A DNA stretch of 40,234 nt from an uncultured Fidelibacterota bacterium (GCA_913040915.1 CAJWHW010000019.1:1-40234); one strand, 5' to 3'; positions 17,309 to 26,695 are shown, counted from the first letter of the stretch. Numbers and translations: made by a program. The notes: generated by a model not told the origin, from the sequence alone.

Positions 17309-18625
17309 TTATAACCTGGTTAATGCATTTCGCATTATCGATATACCTGAATCAATATCTTCTTTAGTAATATTTAAATGAGGTCTAAACCTTATGGATT
17401 TACGTCCGCATCCTAATACCAATGCACCTTCTTCCTGCAACAATAAAATAAGTTTATCTCGTTGTTCAGGAGTCTGTAGATCATACGCACAAAAAAGCCC
17501 TTTTCCACGTACATTTGAGATTAAATCTAAATGTTCAATTGCCAATTCCTGAAGCTTTAAGAGAAGATAACTGCCATTTTCTTCTGCTTGATGTATGAGG
17601 TTTTCCTGTTCAATGACTTCTAGATAAATAGTGAATCTTACCATATCAACTAAATTTCCACCCCAAGTAGAGTTTATTCTGCTGGACTCTTGAAAAACAT
17701 GATTTTCTACTTCATCCAATCTTCGTCCTGCAAAGATTCCACAGCACTGTGTTTTCTTTCCAAAACTGATTATATCAGGTTCAATTTCTCTAAAATGTTG
17801 GTGTGCCCACATTTTTCCCGTAATACCCACACCAGTTTGTACTTCATCATAAATCAGTAAGAAATTATTCTCATCTGATAATTTTTTCAGTTCCTTAAAA
17901 TATTCTTCTCTAAAATGATTATCACCACCTTCACCCTGTATGGGTTCTAAGATAATACAAGCTACATCATTGGGAAACTCATGGAGTACTTTTTTTAATT
18001 CATTGATAGATTGTTTTTCCAAATCTACAACAGTCTGTATATTTTTCTCATCTAAGGGAAAAGTTATACTTGGATTGGTAATTCTAGGCCAATCAAATTT
18101 AGGAAAATATTGTACTTTTCGTGGGTCTGGTGAATCTGTTAAAGACATTGTATATCCGGTACGCCCGTGAAAACAGTCTTTCAAATGTACAACGAGATTT
18201 TTTGGTACACTTTTGTTATGCATTTGGTTCATTCTCGCCTTCCAATCAAATGCTGTCTTCAATGCATTCTCAACGGCAAGAGAACCTCCCTCTATATAGA
18301 AAGCATATGGTAAATAATCAGGTTGTGCTAATCTTCCTATGGTACTCACAAACTTAGCCATTTCTGGAGAATATATATCGGAATTGGCCGGTTTATTAAT
18401 CGAAGATTTTTTCAGCCTTTCTGAATTTTCTAATACATATGGATGGTTGTATCCAATGGACATAGAAGCATACATTGAAAATAAATCAAGATATTCTTTC
18501 CCCGTATTTCCATCTACTAAATAAGAACCGTAACTTTTGTCTAAATCAATGACTGGAGACATTCCATCAGCAAGCATATGTTTACCTATAGTATTTCTCG
18601 TATTATTAAAAGTTATTTTTCCCAT
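17309..18625 (-). CDS. lat: L-lysine 6-aminotransferase (class III PLP enzyme)
   Basis: INKPANSDIYS, GSLAVENALKTAFDWK, FHGRTGYTMSLT, EPIQGEGGDNHFR, DEVQTG, FGKKTQ, SSRINSTWGG. Confidence 0.92.
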   Translation of the reverse strand: MGKITFNNTRNTIGKHMLADGMSPVIDLDKSYGSYLVDGNTGKEYLDLFSMYASMSIGYNHPYVLENSERLKKSSINKPANSDIYSPEMAKFVSTIGRLAQPDYLPYAFYIEGGSLAVENALKTAFDWKARMNQMHNKSVPKNLVVHLKDCFHGRTGYTMSLTDSPDPRKVQYFPKFDWPRITNPSITFPLDEKNIQTVVDLEKQSINELKKVLHEFPNDVACIILEPIQGEGGDNHFREEYFKELKKLSDENNFLLIYDEVQTGVGITGKMWAHQHFREIEPDIISFGKKTQCCGIFAGRRLDEVENHVFQESSRINSTWGGNLVDMVRFTIYLEVIEQENLIHQAEENGSYLLLKLQELAIEHLDLISNVRGKGLFCAYDLQTPEQRDKLILLLQEEGALVLGCGRKSIRFRPHLNITKEDIDSGISIMRNALTRL

Positions 18626-18633
18626 AAATACCT

Positions 18634-20157
18634 TTAGTTTGATAAGTCAAACTTAATTCCCTGTGCCAAAGGCAAATCTGTACTCCAATTGATTGTATTG
18701 GTCTGTCTACGCATATATTGTTTCCAACTGTCAGATCCTGACTCACGACCGCCACCAGTTTCTTTTTCACCACCAAAAGCTCCCCCAATTTCTGCTCCAG
18801 AAGTCCCAATATTTATATTTGCTATTCCACAATCTGAGCCAACAGAAGAGAGAAATTTTTCAGCATTTCTCATATTGAGGGTAAACATAGCGGATGAAAG
18901 TCCTTGGGGTACATCATTGTGCATCTTGATAGCTTCATTTAAATCTGAATATTTCATAATGTATAGAATGGGTGCAAATGTTTCTTCTTGAACTATATCC
19001 CATTCATTTTTTGCTTTAATTATAGTAGGATAAACATAATTACCAATACATTCAATTGATTTTCCACCAATTAAAACTTCACCACCCGAATCCTTAGCCT
19101 TAGAAATTGCTGCTTCAAAATTTGAAACTGCATTTTCATCGACTAATGGTCCCATCAATGTATCATCATTTAATGGGTTTCCAATTTTAACTTGTTCATA
19201 AGCGCTTATTAATTTCTCCTCAAATTCTTCATATCTAGACTCATGGATAATAACTCGGCGAGTGCTAGTACAACGTTGCCCAGCTGTTCCAACTGCACCA
19301 AAGACTACTGCAGGAATTACCATATCCATATCTGCAGTTTCATCCACAATGATGCAATTATTACCACCTAATTCCAAAATAGTTTTACCAAAACGCTTGG
19401 AGATTATTTGACTTACATGTCGACCCATTTTTGTAGAACCAGTAAATGAAACCATAGGAACACGATTATCATTGATCATGCTTTCACCCACAGTTGAACC
19501 TCTACCAATGACTGTACTAAAAATATTTGGTACATTATTAATTGATAATACTTCATTACAAATATTTTGGATTGCAACCGCACAAAGAGGTGTTGATGAA
19601 GATGGCTTCCATATGGTTGTATTTCCACAAATAGCAGCTATAAATGCGTTCCAGCTCCAAACAGCAACAGGAAAATTGAACGCACTAATTATACCAATAA
19701 CACCCAGAGGATGCCATTGTTCATACATACGATGGTTTTTCCGTTCGGAGTGCATTGTTTTACCATATAACATTCTAGATTGTCCAACCGCAAAATCTGC
19801 AATATCGATCATTTCCTGTACTTCTCCATCTCCTTCCTGTTTAATCTTACCCATTTCTAGGGAGACTAGACTACCCAAAGGATCTTTATAATCTCTAAGA
19901 GCATCACCCAATTGTCTAACTACCTGACCTCTTTCAGGAGCAGGAACTTTTCTCCACTCCTTAAAGGCATCAAGTGATCGTTTTACAACTTTTTCATAGT
20001 CTTCTATTGTACACTGATAGACTGATGCAATTATTTCACCATCAGCAGGATTAATTGATTGAATTATTCCTGCATCTGTTGTTTTATTCCATTGATTTGG
20101 TCCAGAACAGGAACCATAATTAGTTGCATTAATTCCAAGTTGCTTCAAAATATCCAT
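18634..20157 (-). CDS. pcd: ALDH7/antiquitin-type alpha-aminoadipate semialdehyde (P6C) dehydrogenase
   Basis: [29 protein letters not shown], and the ALDH7 signature [36 protein letters not shown]; adjacent to lat. Confidence 0.9.
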   Translation of the reverse strand: MDILKQLGINATNYGSCSGPNQWNKTTDAGIIQSINPADGEIIASVYQCTIEDYEKVVKRSLDAFKEWRKVPAPERGQVVRQLGDALRDYKDPLGSLVSLEMGKIKQEGDGEVQEMIDIADFAVGQSRMLYGKTMHSERKNHRMYEQWHPLGVIGIISAFNFPVAVWSWNAFIAAICGNTTIWKPSSSTPLCAVAIQNICNEVLSINNVPNIFSTVIGRGSTVGESMINDNRVPMVSFTGSTKMGRHVSQIISKRFGKTILELGGNNCIIVDETADMDMVIPAVVFGAVGTAGQRCTSTRRVIIHESRYEEFEEKLISAYEQVKIGNPLNDDTLMGPLVDENAVSNFEAAISKAKDSGGEVLIGGKSIECIGNYVYPTIIKAKNEWDIVQEETFAPILYIMKYSDLNEAIKMHNDVPQGLSSAMFTLNMRNAEKFLSSVGSDCGIANINIGTSGAEIGGAFGGEKETGGGRESGSDSWKQYMRRQTNTINWSTDLPLAQGIKFDLSN

Positions 20158-20191
20158 TCTTTATCCAATTTTTCTATTTTCTTTTTATAAT

Positions 20192-21523
20192 TCACAATTC
20201 TTTTATAACGTTTCTTATTGCTTCAGAAAGTGCATCAATCTGTTTTGAATTGATTGTCAAAGCAGGCGCCAAACGAACAGTCGAATGATGTGTCTCCTTT
20301 GCATATACCCCATGCTCTAATAAGCCTACAGAAACTGCATGCCCATCTAAATGAGGTGCATTATGCATTTCAAAAGCAGTTAGTAGTCCCTTGCCCCTCA
20401 CTTCTTTAATTTTATCTGGATAATCATTCATAATATCGTTTAGATGACCAATCAGATAGTCACCTTGCATTTTTGCATTTTCAGCTAGCTTCTCTTCGAC
20501 TAGTACTTTTATTGCGTATGTACCAACAACTGAAGCTAATGGATAACCTCCAAATGTTGATCCTTCACTGCCAGGTGTTAATACTTCCATCACATCTTTT
20601 CTTCCAGCAACAAAAGAAACAGGCAATATTCCTCCGCCAGCAGCCTTACCACAACCCATTATGTCTGGTTTTACACCAAATAACTGATGAGCAAAATTTG
20701 CGCCAGTTCTTCCAAAGCCTGTTTGAACTTCATCCATGGCTAACAGGATATTATGTTTTTTACATAGTATAGAAACTTTTTTGAAATAATCATCATCCGG
20801 TACTATAACTCCCGCTTCACCCTGAATAGGTTCCACCATGAATGCTGCTATTCTATCTCCTGCTCTATTGAATAAGTTTTCTAGTGCAGTAATATCGTTA
20901 TAAGGTACCAGCTTTATACCTGGAACAAAAGGTCCAAAACCATCTCTGGAATCTAAATCATCTGACATAGAGACTGCAGCAAGAGATCTACCATGAAAAT
21001 TCCCAGCTGCTCCAACGATAATACAGTTTTCATTTTTTATACCTTTTACGTGATATCCCCAGCGTCTACATATTTTAAACGTCAACTCCCATGATTCTAC
21101 TCCTGCAACTTTAGGAATAACCTTATCCATATTTGTAATACCGGTTGATGCCAATAAAAATGCACTCATATATTTATGTCTAATGGATCTAGGAACAGTA
21201 GGTAGTTTTTCTTCTTTAAGATGTTTTACAACAGCATCCACTATTGTTTGATTTAACTGTCCTTGATTTACAGCTGAGTAACAACAAAGCCCATCAATTA
21301 ATTCAGTCTCTACATATTTTGTAATATCAACCGGGTCTGGCTTTCTTGCAATTAACGTTGAAGAATCTTTTACCTTTGAAACTACAATATTTTCCAATGG
21401 AGCATAATTTTGGCAGCCTCTTTCCTTTTCAATTTTTTCATGTTCAAAAGGTGTAAGGTCTCCAATACGAATACCATTAACGGTTAGATTATCACCGAAT
21501 CCATTAATTGAGATAGATTCCAT
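20192..21523 (-). CDS. rocD: Ornithine aminotransferase-like class III PLP enzyme with divergent N-terminus
   Basis: QNYAPL, YSAVNQG, RRWGYHVKGI, NFHGRS, VEPIQGEAGV, DEVQTGFGRTG, GKAAGGG, GSTFGGYPL, VRLAPAL. Confidence 0.82.
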   Translation of the reverse strand: MESISINGFGDNLTVNGIRIGDLTPFEHEKIEKERGCQNYAPLENIVVSKVKDSSTLIARKPDPVDITKYVETELIDGLCCYSAVNQGQLNQTIVDAVVKHLKEEKLPTVPRSIRHKYMSAFLLASTGITNMDKVIPKVAGVESWELTFKICRRWGYHVKGIKNENCIIVGAAGNFHGRSLAAVSMSDDLDSRDGFGPFVPGIKLVPYNDITALENLFNRAGDRIAAFMVEPIQGEAGVIVPDDDYFKKVSILCKKHNILLAMDEVQTGFGRTGANFAHQLFGVKPDIMGCGKAAGGGILPVSFVAGRKDVMEVLTPGSEGSTFGGYPLASVVGTYAIKVLVEEKLAENAKMQGDYLIGHLNDIMNDYPDKIKEVRGKGLLTAFEMHNAPHLDGHAVSVGLLEHGVYAKETHHSTVRLAPALTINSKQIDALSEAIRNVIKEL

Positions 21524-21713
21524 ATACTAAATCCATATAATTTGAATAAAAAAAGCCTGCGAATTTAATGTCGAATTCCAGTAATTATTAAACGAGATCC
21601 CTTATTCTAATTATGTTTAATTATTATTCCATAAATAGATGAGAAGAATACTTTTACAATGATGATTAATTTCATATTAGACCATTTTTCTATAAATCAT
21701 ATTTACACTATTC

Positions 21714-22580
21714 TTAATTTTCAACTAATGTTATGATTTTATCCGCTACATCAACTCCAGTACAAGTTTCAATACCCTGTAGACCTGGAGAAGAGTTTAC
21801 TTCTAATATTAATGGTCCACGTTTAGATCTCATTAAATCTACACCCGCAGTTGACAGCCCTAGAATTTTTGAAGCATTCACTGACATTTCAATTTCATCT
21901 TCAGTTAAATCTATTTTTTCAGTTCTGCCACCTCGATGTACGTTAGAACGAAATTCACCTTCCGGTGCAATTCTTCGCATAGCGGCAACAACTTTATCCC
22001 CTACAACAAATGCACGAATATCAGTTCCACTTGATTCTTCAATAAATTCCTGGACCATAATATCAACATCCATTTGTCTAAATGCGATCATCACAGATTC
22101 TGCAGCTTTTCTATTTTCAGCTAATACAATTCCTTGACCTTGTGTACCCTGAAGAAGTTTAATGACCAATGGACCATTCCCTACTTTTTCAATTACACTT
22201 TTAATATCTTTTGTATGGCTTGCAAATCCGGTAACAGGCATATCTATACCTTCTCTTGCTAAAATCTGTAAAGAAAATAGTTTATCTCTTGATTTTGTAA
22301 TCGATACTGAAGGGTTCAAGCAATAACTGTCCATCATTTCAAACTGTCTAACAACAGCAGTACCATAAAAGGTATTTGATGCACCAATTCTTGGTATAAC
22401 CACATCTGGTTTAGATAGTGACTGCCCCCCATAATAGACTATTGGATTATGTGAAGTGATATTCATATAGCAACGCATGTAATCAATAACTCGCACATCG
22501 TGACCGCGTTTCTTTCCGGATTCAACTAATCTTGAAGTCGAATACAAATTCTTATTTCTTGATAGAATATAGATGTTCAT
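21714..22580 (-). CDS. rimK: RimK alpha-L-glutamate ligase (ATP-grasp)
   Basis: [68 protein letters not shown]. Confidence 0.95.
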   Translation of the reverse strand: MNIYILSRNKNLYSTSRLVESGKKRGHDVRVIDYMRCYMNITSHNPIVYYGGQSLSKPDVVIPRIGASNTFYGTAVVRQFEMMDSYCLNPSVSITKSRDKLFSLQILAREGIDMPVTGFASHTKDIKSVIEKVGNGPLVIKLLQGTQGQGIVLAENRKAAESVMIAFRQMDVDIMVQEFIEESSGTDIRAFVVGDKVVAAMRRIAPEGEFRSNVHRGGRTEKIDLTEDEIEMSVNASKILGLSTAGVDLMRSKRGPLILEVNSSPGLQGIETCTGVDVADKIITLVEN

Positions 22581-23035
22581 TAATTTTGATTTGGCATATC
22601 CATTATGTAGGATTTATGCGGATATACAATATACTTTTTTTTCAGGCTTTTACGTCCTATTAACATAGGATGAGTTAACTTGCTTCTGCGTGCTAGGGTT
22701 ACTTCTGTAATCCATGAATTTTTTCCTAATTTTATTTTGAGTTCTATCGTTGGGCGTATTTCAGTTTTTCCAAAAGAATTTGTTATTTTTTTATACCCCA
22801 CTATGGGTGTTTTGATGTTTAGGAATTTTCTTGATTGATAAACCCGGAATTTGATCCATTTTTGATTATTGTTTTCAAATTCAACGATATGTGTTGCATG
22901 TAGTGCTGAACTCCTAGCGCCGGTATCAATTTTAGCTTTAATTGCAAAATTTGAGAATTCAGGGAATGCAACCCACTCCCTCCAACCAATAGCTTTATAT
23001 TTTTTATTTTTTTTCAGTTTTATTTTTGCCATCAT
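22580..23035 (-). CDS. RimK-associated retropepsin-like protease (RimB / putative ATP-dependent zinc protease family)
   Basis: [27 protein letters not shown]; stop and start overlap with rimK (TAATG). Confidence 0.9.
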   Translation of the reverse strand: MMAKIKLKKNKKYKAIGWREWVAFPEFSNFAIKAKIDTGARSSALHATHIVEFENNNQKWIKFRVYQSRKFLNIKTPIVGYKKITNSFGKTEIRPTIELKIKLGKNSWITEVTLARRSKLTHPMLIGRKSLKKKYIVYPHKSYIMDMPNQN

Positions 23036-23086
23036 TTGGCAAAGAAATTACAAGTGACAAAATAATTCTGAGATAGAATTTAGACC

Positions 23087-23644
23087 TTAACCACCTTCTT
23101 GTTTTATTGGATCAACAAACCTATCTAATGGAGGTAAATTAATGATTTCACGGCTAAAATAATCTGCAATTGTTGAAATTATATCGGCTATACTAATTAG
23201 TCCGACAGGTTGAAAATTATCATTTACAATCGGTACGTGTCTAAAACCACCTATATGCATTTTATTAAGTGCATAAGCTAAAGGGTCTTCAGGGGATAAA
23301 TATTCTGGGCTTTCTGTCATAAACTCATCAACAGTAACCAGATCAAGATCAAAACCTTTTCCTGTTACCTTTAAGAGAATATCTCTTTCGGTTAAAATTC
23401 CTTTCAAACTGCCATTTTTGACAATGAGTAAACAATTTTGTTTTTCTTTTTGCAGCTGTTTTAAAGCATTTTTCAGATTTGTACCTATTTCTGCAGTTAG
23501 AGGAGGTACAAGACCTAAAGATGCTATCGGATCCTGTATTCTTACAGCTTCTTTCATTTCAGGCTCTTCATCAATGGACTCAAGGCCTTCGATCCATTGG
23601 TCATCATCATCCGAACTCAATTGAAAATCAAAATACATAATCAT
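23087..23644 (-). CDS. Stand-alone CBS-pair protein with acidic N-terminus (start uncertain: 23644, 23638 or TTG 23620)
   Basis: LKGILTERDILLK, VDEFMTESPEYL, GGFRHVPIV, PVGLISIADI. Confidence 0.88.
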   Translation of the reverse strand: MIMYFDFQLSSDDDDQWIEGLESIDEEPEMKEAVRIQDPIASLGLVPPLTAEIGTNLKNALKQLQKEKQNCLLIVKNGSLKGILTERDILLKVTGKGFDLDLVTVDEFMTESPEYLSPEDPLAYALNKMHIGGFRHVPIVNDNFQPVGLISIADIISTIADYFSREIINLPPLDRFVDPIKQEGG

Positions 23645-23679
23645 GAATATAGATTGTCAAACAATGAAAAACAATACCC

Positions 23680-24012
23680 TTAATCATGTGTTGATTTTGC
23701 CTCTATGTATACAGCAGTTCCGAAGGCAAGAAATTCGGCCATTCCAGACATAATAGTTGATGTAGTAAATCTTAAGCATACAATACCATTTGCACCCAGA
23801 TTTTCAGCTTCTGCTCTCATTCTGTCTAGTGCTTGTTCTCTAGATTCTCCCAGCATTTTTGTATATTCATGAACTTCTCCACCAACAATATTTCTTAAAC
23901 CAGCCAAGATGTCAGTGCCAATATGACGGGCACGAATTGTACTACCTTGGACCATGCCATAAGTTTTTTTAATCCGATAATCTTCAAATTTATCTTGTGT
24001 GGTAATTAACAA
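23680..24012 (-). CDS. ybjQ: YbjQ/UPF0145 family protein
   Basis: DILAGLRNIVGGEVHEYTKML..SREQALDRM..LGANGIV..FGTAV; TTG start. Confidence 0.93.
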   Translation of the reverse strand: MLITTQDKFEDYRIKKTYGMVQGSTIRARHIGTDILAGLRNIVGGEVHEYTKMLGESREQALDRMRAEAENLGANGIVCLRFTTSTIMSGMAEFLAFGTAVYIEAKSTHD

Positions 24013-24014
24013 TC

Positions 24015-24233
24015 TTATCTCTCTATATTTTTTGAATAATACTTATCTTCTTGATTAGTAGTCTTATCAATCAAAACCAAAATAAACAAAAAAAGGATCC
24101 CAATAATAAATGATATCTGAAACATTGATTTGGATGGCTCAAATAATTGCACATAAAGGTTTATAATTTGCAGAAAAAAAATACCAAAGCCTGAATAACC
24201 TATAATTCTTAAGGCGAGTTTAATTTTATCCAT
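24015..24233 (-). CDS. Small membrane protein with two predicted TM helices
   Basis: 72 aa with two hydrophobic stretches and charged tail EDKYYSKNIER; ends 2 nt before the ybjQ start. Confidence 0.75.
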   Translation of the reverse strand: MDKIKLALRIIGYSGFGIFFLQIINLYVQLFEPSKSMFQISFIIGILFLFILVLIDKTTNQEDKYYSKNIER

Positions 24234-24274
24234 ATCGGGAAATTACAACATAATTTTGATTAAATAATAAAAAG

Positions 24275-24349
24275 TCGGGGTGAGAGGATTCGAACCTCCG
24301 ACCTCGTCGTCCCGAACGACACGCGCTAACCGGACTGCGCCACACCCCG
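24275..24349 (-). tRNA. tRNA-Pro(CGG), CCA not encoded
   Basis: CGGGGTGTGGCGCAGTCCGGTTAGCGCG-TGTCG-TTCGGGA-CGACG-AGGTCGGAGGTTCGAATCCTCTCACCCCGA. Confidence 0.96.
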
Positions 24350-24354
24350 ATCAT

Positions 24355-24969
24355 TTAAAAGAAAAATTTTAGAAATAAGAACCCTCCAATAAATAAAATA
24401 GTAAAACCTATCGATAATAGATTAAAATAATTTTCAATAAAATTCTGAATAGATTCACCAAATTTTTTAATTAGACCCGCAACTAAATAAAATCGCGCAC
24501 TTCTACTTACAATACAAGCTAATAAGAAAAAGGGGAAGTTAATGTTAAAAGCACCAGCGCTAACTGTGAATAATTTGAATGGAATTGGTGTAAATCCTGC
24601 TGTAAAAACAATCATAAAATTATATTCATCATATAATAATTTTATTTTGTTAAACCCTTCCACATTGAAACCAGGTATATGATCAAAGAAAAATTGAGCA
24701 AAACTAGAAAAAATGCCAATATCTTCCCACCAAATCCACATTCCAATTCCATATCCAATTATTGCCCCAGTAATTGAGCCCACACTGCAAATAAAAGCAA
24801 AAGTATAAGAGTGACTCCTCTTACCTAATGCAAGAGGGATTAATAATATATCTGGCGGTATTGGGAAAAATGACGCTTCTGCAGTTGATATTATACCTAA
24901 TGCCTTTGGTCCAGATGGTTTATCAGCCCAAGATAAAACCCAATGATAAATTTGGCGCAATATTTTCAT
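24355..24969 (-). CDS. yqaA: YqaA/DedA (VTT domain) membrane protein
   Basis: AEASFFPIPPDILLIP, GSITGAIIGY, AGFTPIPFKLFTVSAG, SRSARF. Confidence 0.92.
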   Translation of the reverse strand: MKILRQIYHWVLSWADKPSGPKALGIISTAEASFFPIPPDILLIPLALGKRSHSYTFAFICSVGSITGAIIGYGIGMWIWWEDIGIFSSFAQFFFDHIPGFNVEGFNKIKLLYDEYNFMIVFTAGFTPIPFKLFTVSAGAFNINFPFFLLACIVSRSARFYLVAGLIKKFGESIQNFIENYFNLLSIGFTILFIGGFLFLKFFF

Positions 24970-24983
24970 ATAATTTTGGAAAT

Positions 24984-25907
24984 TTAATTGCTGTAAAAAA
25001 TACCTATAGCAGACATTATTTCTCTTTGGTATGTCCTTCCAGAAGGGCGATTTAAAAGCCTGCTATCAGCAACCATGGCACTCGAACCACCTCCATCAAG
25101 ATTTAATGCTTCTTCGCAATCAAATTGTTGCATCAGGAGTGCCAATTCTTCTAAATATACCCCACGGCTATCTGGCTGTCTTCCATCTACAACCATGAGT
25201 ACAAGTTCATTCATCTTTGTGTAACCAATTGCAGAACGCGGTTGTACACCCGCAATTGGAGTATTAAAAAATACTTCTTCTTCAACAGTTACTCGAATAT
25301 TTCCATCGTTGATCAATACTGGTCCAGCATGAATTGCTTCCCTTACCTTCCAGATATCTCCCAGCTTAAATGGTAGTGACTCTATTGGCAACCCAGGCCT
25401 ATTATTTAACGGCTCTAACCACTCAAAAATGGAATCATTTTTTGTAGAGCACCAGGCAATATCAACACTGCCATCTGTTTTTATGCCAAACGCACCACGA
25501 CTGATAAAATACCTTGACTGATCTCTAATAATTGAAGGACTAGATGGTTCTTCAAGAATACCATTTGTTTTTAACAGACCTACATGTTGCGCTGGATTTT
25601 TATCCATTAAAAAATATCCACCATTTATAACAATTCGTGCTCCGGAATTTTCTAAAAAATGTAAGGGCGTATTTTTACGATCAGTATCAGTTGAAGATAA
25701 AATTCTTACAGATATTTGTTCACTGGATAAATCAACAATTGCAACCCAGGCCTTCAAAGGCATACTTTTATTTTCTCCAGCAAAGACAGTAATACCATCA
25801 GGAAGATCCAAATCAAATTCCGTCCAATTCATTTGAATCTCCATTTTACGTACTACGGGCTCGCACGCCAATAGGAATGCAAAAAATATAATAATAGAAT
25901 TTTTCAA
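24984..25907 (-). CDS. Phosphodiester glycosidase (NAGPA-like) lipoprotein
   Basis: Lipobox LLAC at C15; INGGYF, AGPVLI, PRSAIG, VVDGRQ, ALNLDGGGSS. Confidence 0.9.
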   Translation of the reverse strand: MKNSIIIFFAFLLACEPVVRKMEIQMNWTEFDLDLPDGITVFAGENKSMPLKAWVAIVDLSSEQISVRILSSTDTDRKNTPLHFLENSGARIVINGGYFLMDKNPAQHVGLLKTNGILEEPSSPSIIRDQSRYFISRGAFGIKTDGSVDIAWCSTKNDSIFEWLEPLNNRPGLPIESLPFKLGDIWKVREAIHAGPVLINDGNIRVTVEEEVFFNTPIAGVQPRSAIGYTKMNELVLMVVDGRQPDSRGVYLEELALLMQQFDCEEALNLDGGGSSAMVADSRLLNRPSGRTYQREIMSAIGIFYSN

Positions 25908-25911
25908 TATA

Positions 25912-26643
25912 TTATCTTGGTGAGATAGAGTTTATAATCTCAAACTTTTTTGAACCTATTATAGTCCCATCCGAATCCAGTACATCCACCCTCCATTTTC
26001 CAACTTGATTTCTTAAGATTGTCTTTTTAGTCCAGGAACGATAAATATTTGACTTTTTAATATTATATCGTATTTGAGTCATTAATCGATCTTCATAAAA
26101 CCAGGCATGCTTGACTTCTTGCTTTCCTCCTCTATTTTGTATTCTAGTATAACAGTAGAGTGAATCAACATTCTTACTAAAATACACATCAGTACCAACA
26201 GGAACACGATCTATAACATTTTTGCAAATCTGTATATCACGCAAACGCAAAATATCCTTTTGCTTTTCTTCTTCTTTATTTAATTTTTTTTCTATGTCAG
26301 ACTGTGGTTTTGATTCCAGTATTTCTTGCTTAGTGTTGGGTAATTCTTTTTTGTTGGGGTTATATTTAATTGTGAGGTTTTGTGGTTTAATATCAGTCTC
26401 TAAGGGTTGAATAGGCCGGGAATTTGTCATAGGCTTTATGATAATTTTATCTGGATTGATAGGTTTTGTCTCGATCATAGTATTATTCTCATATGATTTT
26501 TGTGAATCAAATGGACTGAGAAACATAAAAACTAAATAAATAATTGCTAAAGGTATAGTTGTTCGGGGAATTTTAAGCCAGAAGGAAACCCCAACCAAGA
26601 TAACTAGGCTAAGTGTTACAAAAATAGATATTGAATTAATCAT
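25912..26643 (-). CDS. Membrane-anchored DUF2914 domain protein
   Basis: Two N-terminal hydrophobic helices and a Lys/Pro/Glu-rich linker, then ICKNVIDRVPVG..LYCYT..HAW..YRSWTKK..GKWRVDVLDSDG. Confidence 0.85.
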   Translation of the reverse strand: MINSISIFVTLSLVILVGVSFWLKIPRTTIPLAIIYLVFMFLSPFDSQKSYENNTMIETKPINPDKIIIKPMTNSRPIQPLETDIKPQNLTIKYNPNKKELPNTKQEILESKPQSDIEKKLNKEEEKQKDILRLRDIQICKNVIDRVPVGTDVYFSKNVDSLYCYTRIQNRGGKQEVKHAWFYEDRLMTQIRYNIKKSNIYRSWTKKTILRNQVGKWRVDVLDSDGTIIGSKKFEIINSISPR

Positions 26644-26663
26644 TTTGTTTTTCTTATAGATCC

Positions 26664-26695
26664 TAAATTTATAATTATAAATTTAACAATTGTTA
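26664..26695. promoter_or_regulatory. Perfect 22-bp palindrome plus overlapping 12-bp palindrome; candidate operator/promoter
   Basis: TAAATTTATAATTATAAATTTA (26664-26685) and TAACAATTGTTA (26684-26695), 20 nt upstream of the DUF2914 ATG. The palindromes are seen; their function is inferred. Confidence 0.45.

Noticed and set aside
18606..18809. 67-aa minus-strand ORF overlapping the ALDH7 end and lat start
   Set aside because: Out-of-frame overlap with highly conserved ALDH7 sequence; no independent support.
21524..21713. Lysine riboswitch or other structured leader upstream of the OAT-ALDH7-LAT operon
   Set aside because: The spacer is very AT-rich with no convincing stems or riboswitch consensus, and the promoter-like element is only 38 nt from the ATG.
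17309..22580. Beta-lactam (lat/pcd) cluster or LysW-type lysine biosynthesis
   Set aside because: No ACV synthetase, IPNS, LysW, LysZ or LysY in the window, and the ATP-grasp enzyme has canonical RimK motifs.
23630..23660. TTGACA-N19-TATTTT sigma70-like promoter at the CBS gene start
   Set aside because: Spacing is suboptimal and the -10 match is weak. Kept only as a reason to doubt the CBS start codon.
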